Source of the DNA: a virus
Virus record (IMG/VR): IMGVR_UViG_3300027896_000011
Coordinates: 32,001 to 96,000 of that record
Reading direction: 5' to 3' (one strand)
Length of the DNA: 64,000 bases
Shown: in pieces, positions 28,026 to 38,357 of the stretch
Numbering within the stretch: the stretch's first letter is position 1
How the letters are laid out: every line of letters starts with the position of its first letter
The notes under the pieces: model-generated
Told to the model about the DNA's origin: nothing
Seen by the model: only the letters and a program-made list of their open reading frames with translations
Database searches by the model: none
Translations under genes and position numbers: made by a program

Positions 28026-29227
28026 TGGGGTCAACGTTTCATAACTCTGTAACAACTACCGGAAACAGAGCTCCAAGACTTGAAACAGGTATAGTGTCTA
28101 GCGTCAACCCACAGAACATGACACTAGATTGGGTGGCCCAACATACCGGAAAACAACAAGCTGGGGTTCAAATTATGACCCCTTATATTCATTATAATAA
28201 CGGCGAGGGCTTTACCTGTTTGCCAGAGCCAGGTGCTGTTTGTGTTTTATGTTGGCCCTCAGATGAAGAATCTCCCTTTGTTATGGGGTTTATTACCCCA
28301 CCAGAATCGGCCCCAGCTAATGCCGGTAGTACAGATAAAAGTGCTTCTCCACCTGTAGTTAAAACTGCTTCATCTACTGGAGCTGCAACACCAGCATTAT
28401 CAGACGCTAGCTATAGGTGCAATAGACCTGTCTTGAATCCAGGAGATATGCTGTGGCAAGGTAGAGATGAGAATTTTATAGCTTTGCGTAGGGGTGGTGT
28501 TCTTCAGATAGGTTCTACCAACATTTGTCAACGGGTGTATATTCCTGTTGGAAATTATATTAGAGATTTTTGTGAAAATTGGGAGGTGAATACTGCTGCA
28601 GGTTCTATGAGCTGGGTAGTGCACCCTTCTGAAAGTACCCCGGAAAGTAATGCTCCTACAGAATTCTCTCTTATAGTCAGAGAATATGCTCAAGATAAAA
28701 TGGCCTCTATTAAGGTAAGTGTAGGTTCTTTATTCAATGAACCTAAGTTGCCTAGCGGAGTAGATTCTTTTTTAGAGATTATTATTGCTCCAGATAACAT
28801 TGATCCAAAAGATGGAACTGTATCGAGTCCCTTGTACACACTACGTATAGGTAAAGATGGTAGTACTGAAACAATTCAGGCTGATCGAAAAGTAACTATC
28901 AACGGTAAAGATAATCTAGACGTTGAAGGAGATCAAACTATCTATGTAAAAGGGGATAGAGCATTGACTGTAGATGGCGCAATTACAGAAGCAGTCAAAG
29001 GTGCATATAGCATCACCGGAGAAAAAGGAAGTGCAGAGATTTGGCATGAGGTTAAGTCAATAGATGCTGCTGCCGTGAAACTAGGTTCAGCAAGCGCTTC
29101 CGAGCCAGCTGTTCTTGGATTACAATTATTAAATTGGCTCGCAACGCATACGCATGTGCCTAATGGACCACCTACAAGTTCCCCCACATTATCTAGTATT
29201 CTTGCCAAGAAAACTTATGTAGCGTAA
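28025..29227 (+). CDS. Baseplate central spike (gp5/GpV/VgrG-like)
   Basis: N-terminal OB-fold with LPEPGAVCVL; beta-helix repeats (VTINGKDNLDVEGDQTIYVKGDRALTVDG); C-terminal HTH metal-tip motif LATHTH. Confidence 0.75.
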   Translation: MGSTFHNSVTTTGNRAPRLETGIVSSVNPQNMTLDWVAQHTGKQQAGVQIMTPYIHYNNGEGFTCLPEPGAVCVLCWPSDEESPFVMGFITPPESAPANAGSTDKSASPPVVKTASSTGAATPALSDASYRCNRPVLNPGDMLWQGRDENFIALRRGGVLQIGSTNICQRVYIPVGNYIRDFCENWEVNTAAGSMSWVVHPSESTPESNAPTEFSLIVREYAQDKMASIKVSVGSLFNEPKLPSGVDSFLEIIIAPDNIDPKDGTVSSPLYTLRIGKDGSTETIQADRKVTINGKDNLDVEGDQTIYVKGDRALTVDGAITEAVKGAYSITGEKGSAEIWHEVKSIDAAAVKLGSASASEPAVLGLQLLNWLATHTHVPNGPPTSSPTLSSILAKKTYVA

Positions 29228-29230
29228 ATC

Positions 29231-29527
29231 ATGCCTTTAAATCCAAATACACTTTCAGGTAATATACACTCATTGCTGAGGGCTACACCTATAGGGCAGT
29301 CCCCAGTTACTGCGGTTGATAAAACTTCAAATGCTGATGGAACAATTACAGTTAAAACATCAGTAGGGTCTATGCAAGACATCATTATGCCAGACCCTAT
29401 GGCACAGGTTATAGCTGATGCAGTAGCTAAAGCAGTGATAGCATATTTTCAAACTGAGGCTGTTATAGTAGGCACATGCCCTCCTGGAACAGCGGGTGGC
29501 CCGTTACTAGCAGGAAAGATTACGTAG
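29231..29527 (+). CDS. Small spike-associated structural protein
   Basis: 98 aa, directly after the spike gene. Confidence 0.5.
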   Translation: MPLNPNTLSGNIHSLLRATPIGQSPVTAVDKTSNADGTITVKTSVGSMQDIIMPDPMAQVIADAVAKAVIAYFQTEAVIVGTCPPGTAGGPLLAGKIT

Positions 29528-29535
29528 GAGAAATC

Positions 29536-31563
29536 ATGGACCTCTTTTTAGATCAAAATCCAATTCATATTGAGAAACTAGGTATGGAGTGCCTATTAAG
29601 TGAGGATGCTAACGATTGGCCTCAACAAATTCTAGATGAGCTATATCGTCAGGTCCCTTACGCTAGTGAGTATGCTCCTAAAGTTGTTCTTCGTGTAGTG
29701 GATTCTGATAGACGATATGGTCTTGGACATATCGAATTACTCAATAAGATGGCAATTAACCCACGAGATGATGATACCCCTGCTACATTAAAGGGTCGTC
29801 AAAAGGCAATAATTCCTGTCATTATTCAGGACGGAAAATTAAAGCAATTAGACGTATTGGTTTACGATGGTAAAGTAGAGCCACTCACGGAAGAACGTTT
29901 AAGAAGGGCTTTGTTCCGTCCCAATCTATTTGAAGCCATTCGTGAACGTCCTGGTGATGTGAGCCTTATTGAACAACTCTATCCGCCACATCGGCAATAT
30001 GGTGGTGCCCGTGGACCTATGATGGCAGATGTTGGTGCAGCAGGAGGGATAGGTAAAGAAAGCAGTGTTCATAGTGAATTTCTGTTTGATGCTATACTGC
30101 CTACCATTACTAGAGAGCAAGCTAATGAAGTTCTCAGTAAAGTAGGCGGGGATACTTCAGATGCATATAGCTTGGCAGGTACTTTGGCTAAGAATGCTGC
30201 GGCTAAAGAGATCATAAGCAAACTAGCTAAAATAGCTTCTGGCAATATTGTTACGGGAGAAGATTACCTACGAAAAATTGCTAGTTCTATTAAACCAAAC
30301 GTAGTTCAGGTTCGTAGAGTAGATAATGGTTTCCGTATCAAGACAGCTAATTCTGAAGCATTTATACCTGATGCCCAAGATATTCCTCGCCCTGCTGCTG
30401 TAGGTGCTCTTGGCGGAGATATGGTATCAAAAGTAGAAACTGATGGGACTACGACTATCACTACTCAGCCTGCTGTAAAACAAACATTAACTGATTTAGT
30501 GATCGAAGTAGTTAACAAGTTTGGGGTATATAAAGTCAAAACTCAAAATGAAAATCGTGAATTGATCGGATGGGTATTCCCTAAGATCATGGATTTTGAT
30601 GGCACACTACTACCTATGGCGCTGTTCACTAATGGTAGTGAATCTGCGGTACAAGAAAATATTGCAGGGGTGGCTGTTGCTAAGACTTCAGATCTTATTG
30701 ACGTAGACCCTGAAGGACTTGGCTGTTTCTATTACGCATCCTCAGAAGGCGCAATTGCATTTACCCCAGTTAATGTTACTGCAGTAGAAGAGACCCCGCA
30801 TGGTAGTAGCTTTCATTGTGATACTACTTTAGGGGAAAAGGTCATGGTTACTAAGGTACCTGGATTAAAAACCTCTGCCATGATTGAAGAAGGTCATTTC
30901 GGTATTCCAGAAGAGTGTGGATTTATCTCATTTAATAAGACTGTAGATTTAGCATCCTCTCCTGATGAGTTCACTAAAGTCGGTCAAGCACTTGCTATGA
31001 CTAATGCGGTACGTGTGATCACAGACGGTACTACATATACTTTTGAAGGACAAGTGATTGATAAGATTGCTAGTGTTACTCCTACGGAGTTTTTGGATAA
31101 AGATGATACTGTGTTCTTAGGTGCTGTACTCGGACAAGACCCAGATCAGTTCTCTAAAGATTTAGATACAATGCATAAGAGGGCAAGTCAAGAGCTTTGG
31201 TTTTCTTCTCGTCCAGTAACTTTAATGAGCGAGAGATATGCTAAAGCTAAGACTGCTGCAGCTACTCATCTTAATGGCTTACCTCTTCTTCGAGCATATT
31301 TATTAAAAGAAGCAGCACTTCTAGAAGACCCGACGGCAGTAGATAAAGTATTATCACTAGGGTTTATTACCCCTGAAAATGTTTCAATCTTTGCCGGGTA
31401 TATTCCAGAGTTTGAAACAGTTATACGGAAGTTAGCAGAATTACTAGTGGCTACAAGAATGGGTCTACATACCGTAGATGAAGGGGCGTTACAAAGGTCT
31501 TTGGTGCATCTAGATAAGGTAGTGAGCGGGTTAAAAACACTAGATGCGGCTCCACAGGCCTAA
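29536..31563 (+). CDS. Hypothetical large virion protein
   Basis: Start MDLFLD with RBS AGGAG; several K-x-[AGS] sites. Confidence 0.65.
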   Translation: MDLFLDQNPIHIEKLGMECLLSEDANDWPQQILDELYRQVPYASEYAPKVVLRVVDSDRRYGLGHIELLNKMAINPRDDDTPATLKGRQKAIIPVIIQDGKLKQLDVLVYDGKVEPLTEERLRRALFRPNLFEAIRERPGDVSLIEQLYPPHRQYGGARGPMMADVGAAGGIGKESSVHSEFLFDAILPTITREQANEVLSKVGGDTSDAYSLAGTLAKNAAAKEIISKLAKIASGNIVTGEDYLRKIASSIKPNVVQVRRVDNGFRIKTANSEAFIPDAQDIPRPAAVGALGGDMVSKVETDGTTTITTQPAVKQTLTDLVIEVVNKFGVYKVKTQNENRELIGWVFPKIMDFDGTLLPMALFTNGSESAVQENIAGVAVAKTSDLIDVDPEGLGCFYYASSEGAIAFTPVNVTAVEETPHGSSFHCDTTLGEKVMVTKVPGLKTSAMIEEGHFGIPEECGFISFNKTVDLASSPDEFTKVGQALAMTNAVRVITDGTTYTFEGQVIDKIASVTPTEFLDKDDTVFLGAVLGQDPDQFSKDLDTMHKRASQELWFSSRPVTLMSERYAKAKTAAATHLNGLPLLRAYLLKEAALLEDPTAVDKVLSLGFITPENVSIFAGYIPEFETVIRKLAELLVATRMGLHTVDEGALQRSLVHLDKVVSGLKTLDAAPQA

Positions 31564-31578
31564 GTACTTGAGGGTACC

Positions 31579-32487
31579 GTGGCAGATCCAAAACACAGCC
31601 CCTGCGAATTCTTCTGCAAGTTCCTGATTTCAAAACGGGAATACGATATAGGTACGCTTATGGCTATTCTTGAGGACCATCAGTTAGCGTCTTTAGGTAG
31701 ACGCTACCTGGAGGAACTCAAAGAAAAGATGGAGCCATTCCCAGACCCATGGGTAACTACACCTACCGGGGAGGAAGAAAACTATAAGATAACTATGGAT
31801 TATCTGCGGAAACAGAATATCTATGAGTTATGGTTTCCTACCCCGGCAGTAAATGAAGCATTCAAAATACTTGGAGACCCAAGATTAAGAGAAAATACTG
31901 AACAGCTAATACTGTCTTCTTTACGCTTCGAAGAGATCGTAGCTAAACTCAATAAGTATCACGTTACTACTCTTACCGTAGAAGGCGTCTCTGCTTTCCA
32001 GCACTACTTCTGGAATCGTCGCCTGTTATCCATGACAGAGTGGGTAGAATTTATGGACCATAAACCTGGTTCATACGCTCGTATCACTACCATTATAGCC
32101 TCCCCAGACGTACAAGATATGGTGGTGCCTTGGTTGTCAGGAATGACAGGACCACCATCTAGTATCAATACAGGCGTCGTTGCTCGCCGTATGCGAGATG
32201 TGGCCTTTCTAAAGGTTCTTGAGATTGAAAAGCAACCTGCTAGTATTATCCATTCTAAGATGATGAAGAACTATATGGATGTTATTACGGCTGCAGAAAA
32301 TGAAATGCGCCAGAGTGATGTAGCTCTGAAAGAGGTTCTACAAGCTTTCGAAAAGTTCAGAATGAAGAAAACTGTAGGAAAAATTCCATCTATAGAAATG
32401 CTAGCAGGTGTAAACTACAGTCATTCTGGGTCTGGAACAGACCAGACATTAATAGCCGATGCAATGCTGGAGGACAAAGATGACTGA
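31579..32487 (+). CDS. Hypothetical protein (terminase small subunit candidate by position only)
   Basis: 302-aa helical-looking ORF two genes upstream of the terminase large subunit. Confidence 0.5.
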   Translation: MADPKHSPCEFFCKFLISKREYDIGTLMAILEDHQLASLGRRYLEELKEKMEPFPDPWVTTPTGEEENYKITMDYLRKQNIYELWFPTPAVNEAFKILGDPRLRENTEQLILSSLRFEEIVAKLNKYHVTTLTVEGVSAFQHYFWNRRLLSMTEWVEFMDHKPGSYARITTIIASPDVQDMVVPWLSGMTGPPSSINTGVVARRMRDVAFLKVLEIEKQPASIIHSKMMKNYMDVITAAENEMRQSDVALKEVLQAFEKFRMKKTVGKIPSIEMLAGVNYSHSGSGTDQTLIADAMLEDKDD

Positions 32488-32992
32488 GGTCGTACCGTTT
32501 TCTGCTACTGAAGAAGAGCACAGTACCATAGATACCCTACCCGTAGATACTATAACTGTAGATAGCCTATTAGCAGCTATTCCTAAGTTTAAAGATGTAG
32601 TAAGGGGTAATCTGTTAGTACAATGGGCAATTCTTCCTGTTCGGGGGGAAGAAAAGGTATTAACATATCACATCTATAAATTAGACCGAAAAAACATATT
32701 CGATGCTGCTGAGAAAGCGTTACAAGATACTAAATGTGCAGAAGATAAGCACACTATATCTATAGAAGCTAATGCTGCTTTAGAAGAGGTGCCTTGGTGG
32801 TCTGGATTTGAAGAAAATTTACAGCAAGCGCTTAATGATCATTTTAAAACAATTACAGGTAGGTACGGGTATTATTTAGAGGTAGATAGTTGGTCTGTCT
32901 CTATAAATATTACTGATATGTTTCTTGCTGTGTGGCCTGAGTCATTCATTGAAGCCTTTGTAGATAGGTTAAAGGCTAAAATTGAAGGCTAA
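32480..32992 (+). CDS. Hypothetical protein
   Basis: Start MTEVVP after RBS GGAGG. Confidence 0.6.
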   Translation: MTEVVPFSATEEEHSTIDTLPVDTITVDSLLAAIPKFKDVVRGNLLVQWAILPVRGEEKVLTYHIYKLDRKNIFDAAEKALQDTKCAEDKHTISIEANAALEEVPWWSGFEENLQQALNDHFKTITGRYGYYLEVDSWSVSINITDMFLAVWPESFIEAFVDRLKAKIEG

Positions 32993-33113
32993 GTTGAAAC
33001 CGGCTAACGCCGGTCAACCAACTTTGATTAAGGGTCTGTATGCGAACAACACATAACAGACCCTACCAAGTTGGCAGAGTGACAAATTGAGATTAAGATC
33101 TCCCTTTTGTCAC
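32993..33113 (-). ncRNA. Putative structured small RNA
   Basis: Three adjacent hairpins, no ORF, directly downstream of promoter P3. Confidence 0.5.
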
Positions 33114-33117
33114 AATA

Positions 33118-33147
33118 CTTATACCACAATGTGGTAAGATTTTACAT
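33118..33147 (-). promoter_or_regulatory. Phage-specific promoter P3
   Basis: ATGTAA-N18-TATAAG(TAT); the -35 box overlaps the terminase ATG on the opposite strand. Confidence 0.65.
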
Positions 33148-36100
33148 GGCTACGATCCGAATAGATGAAGCTGATGTCTTGAATAGTGCGAGAGCCATTC
33201 CTCTTTCGCATACTATGGATGGTTCAGATATCCCCTCTTTTGATTACAATGAGGCAGGAGAGGCACAGGATTTTGGTTTAGACTTAGAGCCGGAAGATAT
33301 TGAAGAAGAGGAGTACAATGCCTCTAGTGCTCTAATAGGAGTTTCCCCTTCTGAGTTTGCGGAAACAATAATAAGAGTGCCGGAAGCAGGAAGAGTTTCA
33401 GATTTTTCTTTTGAAGGTCGTGAGTACTTAAGACAAATATACGATACTCCTGCTGATAAAGTATTGCTGCAATGCGGCAGACAAATTGAGAAGTGCTGTC
33501 ATGTAGCAAGTAAGATATCTATGGAGGATGGTAGTGTAAAGAAGCTAGAAGATATTGTGTTGGGAGATAGGGTTATTGGACTAGCTCTAGACAAATCTCA
33601 TACTGACGTCGGAACAGTAATTTGGAAGTCCGAAAAGATTACTAAATTTTGTGTAAAGATCAAAACGAGGCAAGGGCATGTTACTATAGTTGCGTTAAGC
33701 CACCCTATGCGTGGGTGGAATAATTGGTCGCTAACTGGTAGTCTTTCTGAACAAGAACACTTAGCTGTCGTACGTAAAGCTGGATGGTTTACGGCCACTA
33801 CAAACTTTTCGGATAGGGAAGTAATATTAGCTGCGTACATGGTGGCAGAAGGCTATATGCCGGAAGAAAATATTTGTACATTTACGCAGAAAGAAGGGCC
33901 GGTATTGCAAGAGTTTTTGTCATTAGTAGAAGGGGACGATTACAGTACTAATGAAAGAAAGCCTGGGCTTTGGCATATTAGATTTAATGCTAAATCACAA
34001 GTATTGGCTCTCATTAAAAAAATTGGTATCTGGGCAGAGCTTTCTGCTAATAAGCATGTTCCTGATTTTGTGTGGGGGTTAGATCAAAGGCAAACTGCTC
34101 TATTTATTAATCGATTATGGGCAGGAGATGGGCATGCGAGTTTGCAAGAATCTTGTTACCATTTAGAGTACGATTCTATATCTGAACTTTTAATTAAAGA
34201 TGTACAACGGTTATTGTGGAAATTTGGTATACCATCTAGTACTCATAGATGGAAACCTACACTTTATAAAAATACTGATAAGTGGGCATATAAACTTCGT
34301 ATAGAAACTCAAGATGGGGCTATTCGTTTTATCCAGGATATAGGAGCTCTTGGAAAAACAGAGGATATTCCTATTATTGATGTAGATACAAATTCAAATA
34401 GAGATGTTTACCCAATAGGTATTGTGGAGGACATATCCACTATTCACAGGTCTAGGAGTGGTTATCAGCGTAGAGGACAATACGTACCACAACCTTCTTT
34501 ACGTTCTGCCGGACTTAGAGAGAAACCAAGATTCTTGCTAAGTAGGGATAAGTTACGGCAGTATGTAGATTTCTTCAGGTCTGATGATCGATTTGATCAA
34601 GTAAAAACAGAGCAATTAGCACGGCATTTAGATACTGATTTGTATTGGGATGAGATAGTAAGTATAGAGGAAGTGGGCGAACAAGATTGTTACGATATTA
34701 CTGTAGAAGGTACAGATAGTTTTGTAGCTGATGGGTTTATCACACATAACTCGACTACACTTGGTAATAGACTTCTTTGTTACGCAGCACTGATTAGTAA
34801 TTTTAGGTCTATATACGTAGCTCCTTCTGCGGAACAGGCAAAGGTGTTTTCAAATGATCGTATTAAAGACGTCATTGATGCCTCACCTATGCTGCGGTCC
34901 TATACCTCTTCCAAAATCAATCAAGCAGTCTTCTTTAAAAAGTTTATTAACTACTCTCAAATTAGGCTTAGATATGCGTATTTAACTGCCGATAGGGTGC
35001 GTGGAATTCCTGCTGACATGGTATTGATTGATGAGCTTCAAGACATATTAGTGGATAATATTCCTGTTATTGAACAATGTGCATTCCACTCTTCTTATAA
35101 GATTTTTCTTTATTCCGGCACACCTAAATCTGTAGATAACACTATTGCTCATTATTGGAGTGACTTCTCTACGCAGAATGAGTGGATTGTTCCTTGTGAA
35201 CGACATGGGTTACCTAATGACTCTAGTACTTGGCATTGGAATATATTGACGGAAAGAAATATAGGATCTGTGGGATTAATCTGTGACAAGTGTGGTGAGA
35301 CTATTAGTGCTAAGCATCCTTTAGCACAGTGGGCGTCTATGAACCCAATGACGGAAGATAATAGAGATAAGGTAACATTTGAGGGGTATAGGATTCCTCA
35401 GATTATGGTGCCCTGGGTAGATTGGGAGGAAATCACTATTGCGCAAGAGCAATACTCACGTTCTCAATTTATGAATGAGAAACTGGGTATGTCTTATGAT
35501 TCCGGCGTACGTCCTATTACCCGTGCGCAGATACAGGCTATTTGTAGACCTGAGCTCGAGATGGGGGATATAGAGCAATTTAAGCGTTTATCTCAAGGCA
35601 GGGCTATATATGCTGGAATCGATTGGGGTGCAGGAGCAAACTCCTCATACACACATATTTCGTTTGGGGGGTATTTAGGGTCTGGCAACTTTACGATCTT
35701 TTGGTGTCATAGATTCACCGGACAAGATGTAGATCCTGAAAATCAAATGGAATTGATCACTCAGATGCTCTCTCAACTACAGGTACGTATTATTGGAGTA
35801 GACTACGGTGGTGGTTTCTATCCCAATGATAAGTTGATTAAACGCTTTGGTGCTCATAAGGTAATGAAGTATCAATATAATCCAAGGCAAAAAAAGAAGA
35901 TATACTGGGAGCCTAATTTAAAGCGATGGATGACGCATAGGACTGAGATCATGAGCGACCTGTTTAACGCTATGAAAGCAAAGAAAATAGATTTGCCTAG
36001 GTGGGAAGATTATAAAGAACCACACGCATCTGATGTACTTAATATCTTTATTGAGTATAATGACCGGTTAAGAATAAATGAGTATAAGAAACCACCGGGG

Positions 36101-36223
36101 AAGACAGATGATGCATTCCATTCACATCTACTCTGTCTGTTAGCTTCTTGTTTAGAGCATCCACGTCCTGATATCTTTACACCTATGCAAGATACCGGAT
36201 TAGTAGAAAACTATGATGGCTAA
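33146..36223 (+). CDS. terL: Terminase large subunit (GpA-like), intein-containing
   Basis: Spliced Walker A CGRQIEK/STT; Walker B VLIDE; SGTP; Zn insert CERH..CDKC; nuclease YAGIDWG and DDAFHS. Start at MATIR is likely. Confidence 0.9.
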   Translation: MATIRIDEADVLNSARAIPLSHTMDGSDIPSFDYNEAGEAQDFGLDLEPEDIEEEEYNASSALIGVSPSEFAETIIRVPEAGRVSDFSFEGREYLRQIYDTPADKVLLQCGRQIEKCCHVASKISMEDGSVKKLEDIVLGDRVIGLALDKSHTDVGTVIWKSEKITKFCVKIKTRQGHVTIVALSHPMRGWNNWSLTGSLSEQEHLAVVRKAGWFTATTNFSDREVILAAYMVAEGYMPEENICTFTQKEGPVLQEFLSLVEGDDYSTNERKPGLWHIRFNAKSQVLALIKKIGIWAELSANKHVPDFVWGLDQRQTALFINRLWAGDGHASLQESCYHLEYDSISELLIKDVQRLLWKFGIPSSTHRWKPTLYKNTDKWAYKLRIETQDGAIRFIQDIGALGKTEDIPIIDVDTNSNRDVYPIGIVEDISTIHRSRSGYQRRGQYVPQPSLRSAGLREKPRFLLSRDKLRQYVDFFRSDDRFDQVKTEQLARHLDTDLYWDEIVSIEEVGEQDCYDITVEGTDSFVADGFITHNSTTLGNRLLCYAALISNFRSIYVAPSAEQAKVFSNDRIKDVIDASPMLRSYTSSKINQAVFFKKFINYSQIRLRYAYLTADRVRGIPADMVLIDELQDILVDNIPVIEQCAFHSSYKIFLYSGTPKSVDNTIAHYWSDFSTQNEWIVPCERHGLPNDSSTWHWNILTERNIGSVGLICDKCGETISAKHPLAQWASMNPMTEDNRDKVTFEGYRIPQIMVPWVDWEEITIAQEQYSRSQFMNEKLGMSYDSGVRPITRAQIQAICRPELEMGDIEQFKRLSQGRAIYAGIDWGAGANSSYTHISFGGYLGSGNFTIFWCHRFTGQDVDPENQMELITQMLSQLQVRIIGVDYGGGFYPNDKLIKRFGAHKVMKYQYNPRQKKKIYWEPNLKRWMTHRTEIMSDLFNAMKAKKIDLPRWEDYKEPHASDVLNIFIEYNDRLRINEYKKPPGKTDDAFHSHLLCLLASCLEHPRPDIFTPMQDTGLVENYDG
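33494..34750 (+). mobile_element. Terminase intein (419 aa, LAGLIDADG)
   Basis: IEK|CCHVAS...AAYMVAEG...LWAGDG...THN|STT. Confidence 0.92.
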
Positions 36224-36290
36224 AGAAAACTCCCGGAATTGGGTAGTTTTCTAAGAGGATTGGTTCAGGCTCCTCTCATGCCTGGTGGGA

Positions 36291-36605
36291 CTACTTACAG
36301 CAAGTGAACCCTGCTGGAACTCCTGCGGTACCAAAGACATACTTATCCAGGAGTAGATAACCAGCTACTCCCACTGCTGGGGCGGCAATCACCTGAAGGC
36401 TACCCTCCACGAGGGAGCCCTCCTTTATCCGGCCCAAGCCGCTGCCGATGCCGAGTTCGTACCAAGGCCTAGTTTTTCGGTAGCCGAGGGCATTCATGTT
36501 TGTATTGAACTCCTCAGCTTTCTTTTTGGCTGCAACTGCAGCCTGGACTGTGCTCTCAACATCAGCGGGGATATCTTCACTCTTAGCGGTCTTCTCAGTT
36601 GCCAT
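36291..36605 (-). CDS. Hypothetical protein with a C-terminal hydrophobic segment
   Basis: RBS AGGAG; first gene after promoter P4. Confidence 0.65.
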   Translation of the reverse strand: MATEKTAKSEDIPADVESTVQAAVAAKKKAEEFNTNMNALGYRKTRPWYELGIGSGLGRIKEGSLVEGSLQVIAAPAVGVAGYLLLDKYVFGTAGVPAGFTCCK

Positions 36606-36676
36606 GTGGTTCTCCTAATTGTAAGGAAACGGCATCTCGGAATGAGATGCAAATTATCGTTTCCTCTGTCAATATA

Positions 36677-36706
36677 CTTATACCCCCCTACACCCCGTTT
36701 TTTCAC
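36677..36706 (-). promoter_or_regulatory. Phage-specific promoter P4
   Basis: GTGAAA-N18-TATAAG(TAT). Confidence 0.7.
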
Positions 36707-36786
36707 TATTTAGGGGGTATTTGGGGTAGGAGAACGGTTTATAGCCTTTATAAGGGTATTTTGGGAACGGTCGGTCGGGTTTACCC

Positions 36787-37317
36787 CTATTTTAGCTCCG
36801 CTAATAGATTGTTATCCTTAAGGATTACCTTACCTTTGGCGGTTAAAGAATCAGGGTATTTACGGCACATAATTACCGCCGCATCTCTAAGATTCTTTCT
36901 GCCTTTATTTAACGTGGCAAATAACTGTTGAATGGCAGGATTTTCTCCTAGGTGTTTGTCTTGACGAACTTGGGTCATCATTTTAGTGCATAGAAGGAAA
37001 AATGGTTCCCAAGTGTGATCAAAGTGTACTATTGGCTGTAATCTAGTAAATTCATACTCAGAGAACTGTATGAAGTAGTTAGACCATCTTTCTATTACTT
37101 CTAGGTCTACAGCCCTCTGCATGATCGCTAACATATGCACCGCTTCCTTATATATCGTTAAAAGTTCGGCATCAGTAGCATTACGAAAAGCAGATAAGTC
37201 TAGGCCGTTAACCCGGATAAGGAAGGCAATTTGCTTCTCGAGATTTGTTATACGAGCATCAGTTAATCTATGTAGATGCTCTTCATCCTGCTTGCTTCCC
37301 ACGTCAATGTGCTTCAT
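36787..37317 (-). CDS. Hypothetical protein
   Basis: 176-aa ORF divergent from the head operon. Confidence 0.65.
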   Translation of the reverse strand: MKHIDVGSKQDEEHLHRLTDARITNLEKQIAFLIRVNGLDLSAFRNATDAELLTIYKEAVHMLAIMQRAVDLEVIERWSNYFIQFSEYEFTRLQPIVHFDHTWEPFFLLCTKMMTQVRQDKHLGENPAIQQLFATLNKGRKNLRDAAVIMCRKYPDSLTAKGKVILKDNNLLAELK

Positions 37318-37351
37318 GTTATCTCTAGATTATCAATGAGTTTTGATTTTC

Positions 37352-37385
37352 AAGAGTTGACATAATGCGGTCAACTCTTTATCCT
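37352..37385 (+). promoter_or_regulatory. Sigma70-like promoter overlapped by a 10-bp inverted repeat (operator-like)
   Basis: TTGACA-N17-TATCCT; AAGAGTTGAC-N8-GTCAACTCTT. Confidence 0.6.
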
Positions 37386-37404
37386 ACCTACAAAGGGGAA
37401 TTCC

Positions 37405-38346
37405 ATGAGTGATGCACCAGGAGCGCTTCCGCTTGGTCTGTCCTTACAGCGAGCTGCAAAATCAATAGACCCAGAACAACTCGAGCTAATGGGTAAAAAG
37501 GCTGCCGCGTTATACAGGGATAGTGGGTGTAACCTTTCAGAAGCCGTAGTAGAGACGGTCAAAGAAGCTTGCTTATCCCCGGAACAGGTAAAAAGGGTGT
37601 GTGAGTTTGCAAACACTAGTGCATACCTTGCGGAGTTTGAGAAAGCTGGAGAAATGAAAAATGTAACATTTACAGGTGGTCCTGCAGACCCTGGATACGT
37701 ATTAAAAGATTTAAATGATGGAGGTAACCCATCGTTAAATACTATCAGCTCTGATGACTATACCGCTCCTGTAAAATCTTACAAGACTGCTTCTATGGGT
37801 ATGAGTAAGATAGCAGAGGCTTTTGGAGTCATTGATGATGGAACTAAAACTGCGTCGGCTGTAAGCCGTACCAGAGACCATGCAACTCACTTCAATCCCA
37901 TTGAAGATGTTAATGACCTACGTATAACACTAGAACGGGCTAGAGAAGAATCTATCAGTAAACTCTCTTCTGCGAAAATCCTGTATGATGACGTGACTAA
38001 AGATTTATGCCACACAGTGGCACAAGCCGTGGAATCTGGTACCTCTATGGGGGACATTAGTAGAGCCTGGAGTGGGTATACTAATGATGTACGTTTTCTT
38101 AAAGAGGCTACTGTACACGTAACCAAGCATTTAAAGAGCCGGGGACATACAAAAGAAGCATTGTCCTCATCTTTTGATAAAACGGCTAATATGGGTAGTT
38201 TACCGAATCCATCGCATCCTTTAGTAGCTGGGTATGTGGCTTTCCTTAAAGTAGCGCAGGCCCATAGAATACTGAAGACATCTATAGACGTGCTAGATGA
38301 GCGCCTAGCAGAAGTAAATGCTAAGCTGCATCAAATGGCAATGTAA
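37405..38346 (+). CDS. Hypothetical head-module protein
   Basis: 313 aa; many K-x-A sites (YKTAS, SKIAE, TKTAS, DKTAN). Confidence 0.65.
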   Translation: MSDAPGALPLGLSLQRAAKSIDPEQLELMGKKAAALYRDSGCNLSEAVVETVKEACLSPEQVKRVCEFANTSAYLAEFEKAGEMKNVTFTGGPADPGYVLKDLNDGGNPSLNTISSDDYTAPVKSYKTASMGMSKIAEAFGVIDDGTKTASAVSRTRDHATHFNPIEDVNDLRITLERAREESISKLSSAKILYDDVTKDLCHTVAQAVESGTSMGDISRAWSGYTNDVRFLKEATVHVTKHLKSRGHTKEALSSSFDKTANMGSLPNPSHPLVAGYVAFLKVAQAHRILKTSIDVLDERLAEVNAKLHQMAM

Positions 38347-38357
38347 GGAGATGCAAG

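Noticed and set aside
36707-36790. G/T-skewed intergenic stretch as a replication origin
   Set aside because: No iterons or clear AT-rich unwinding element; insufficient support.
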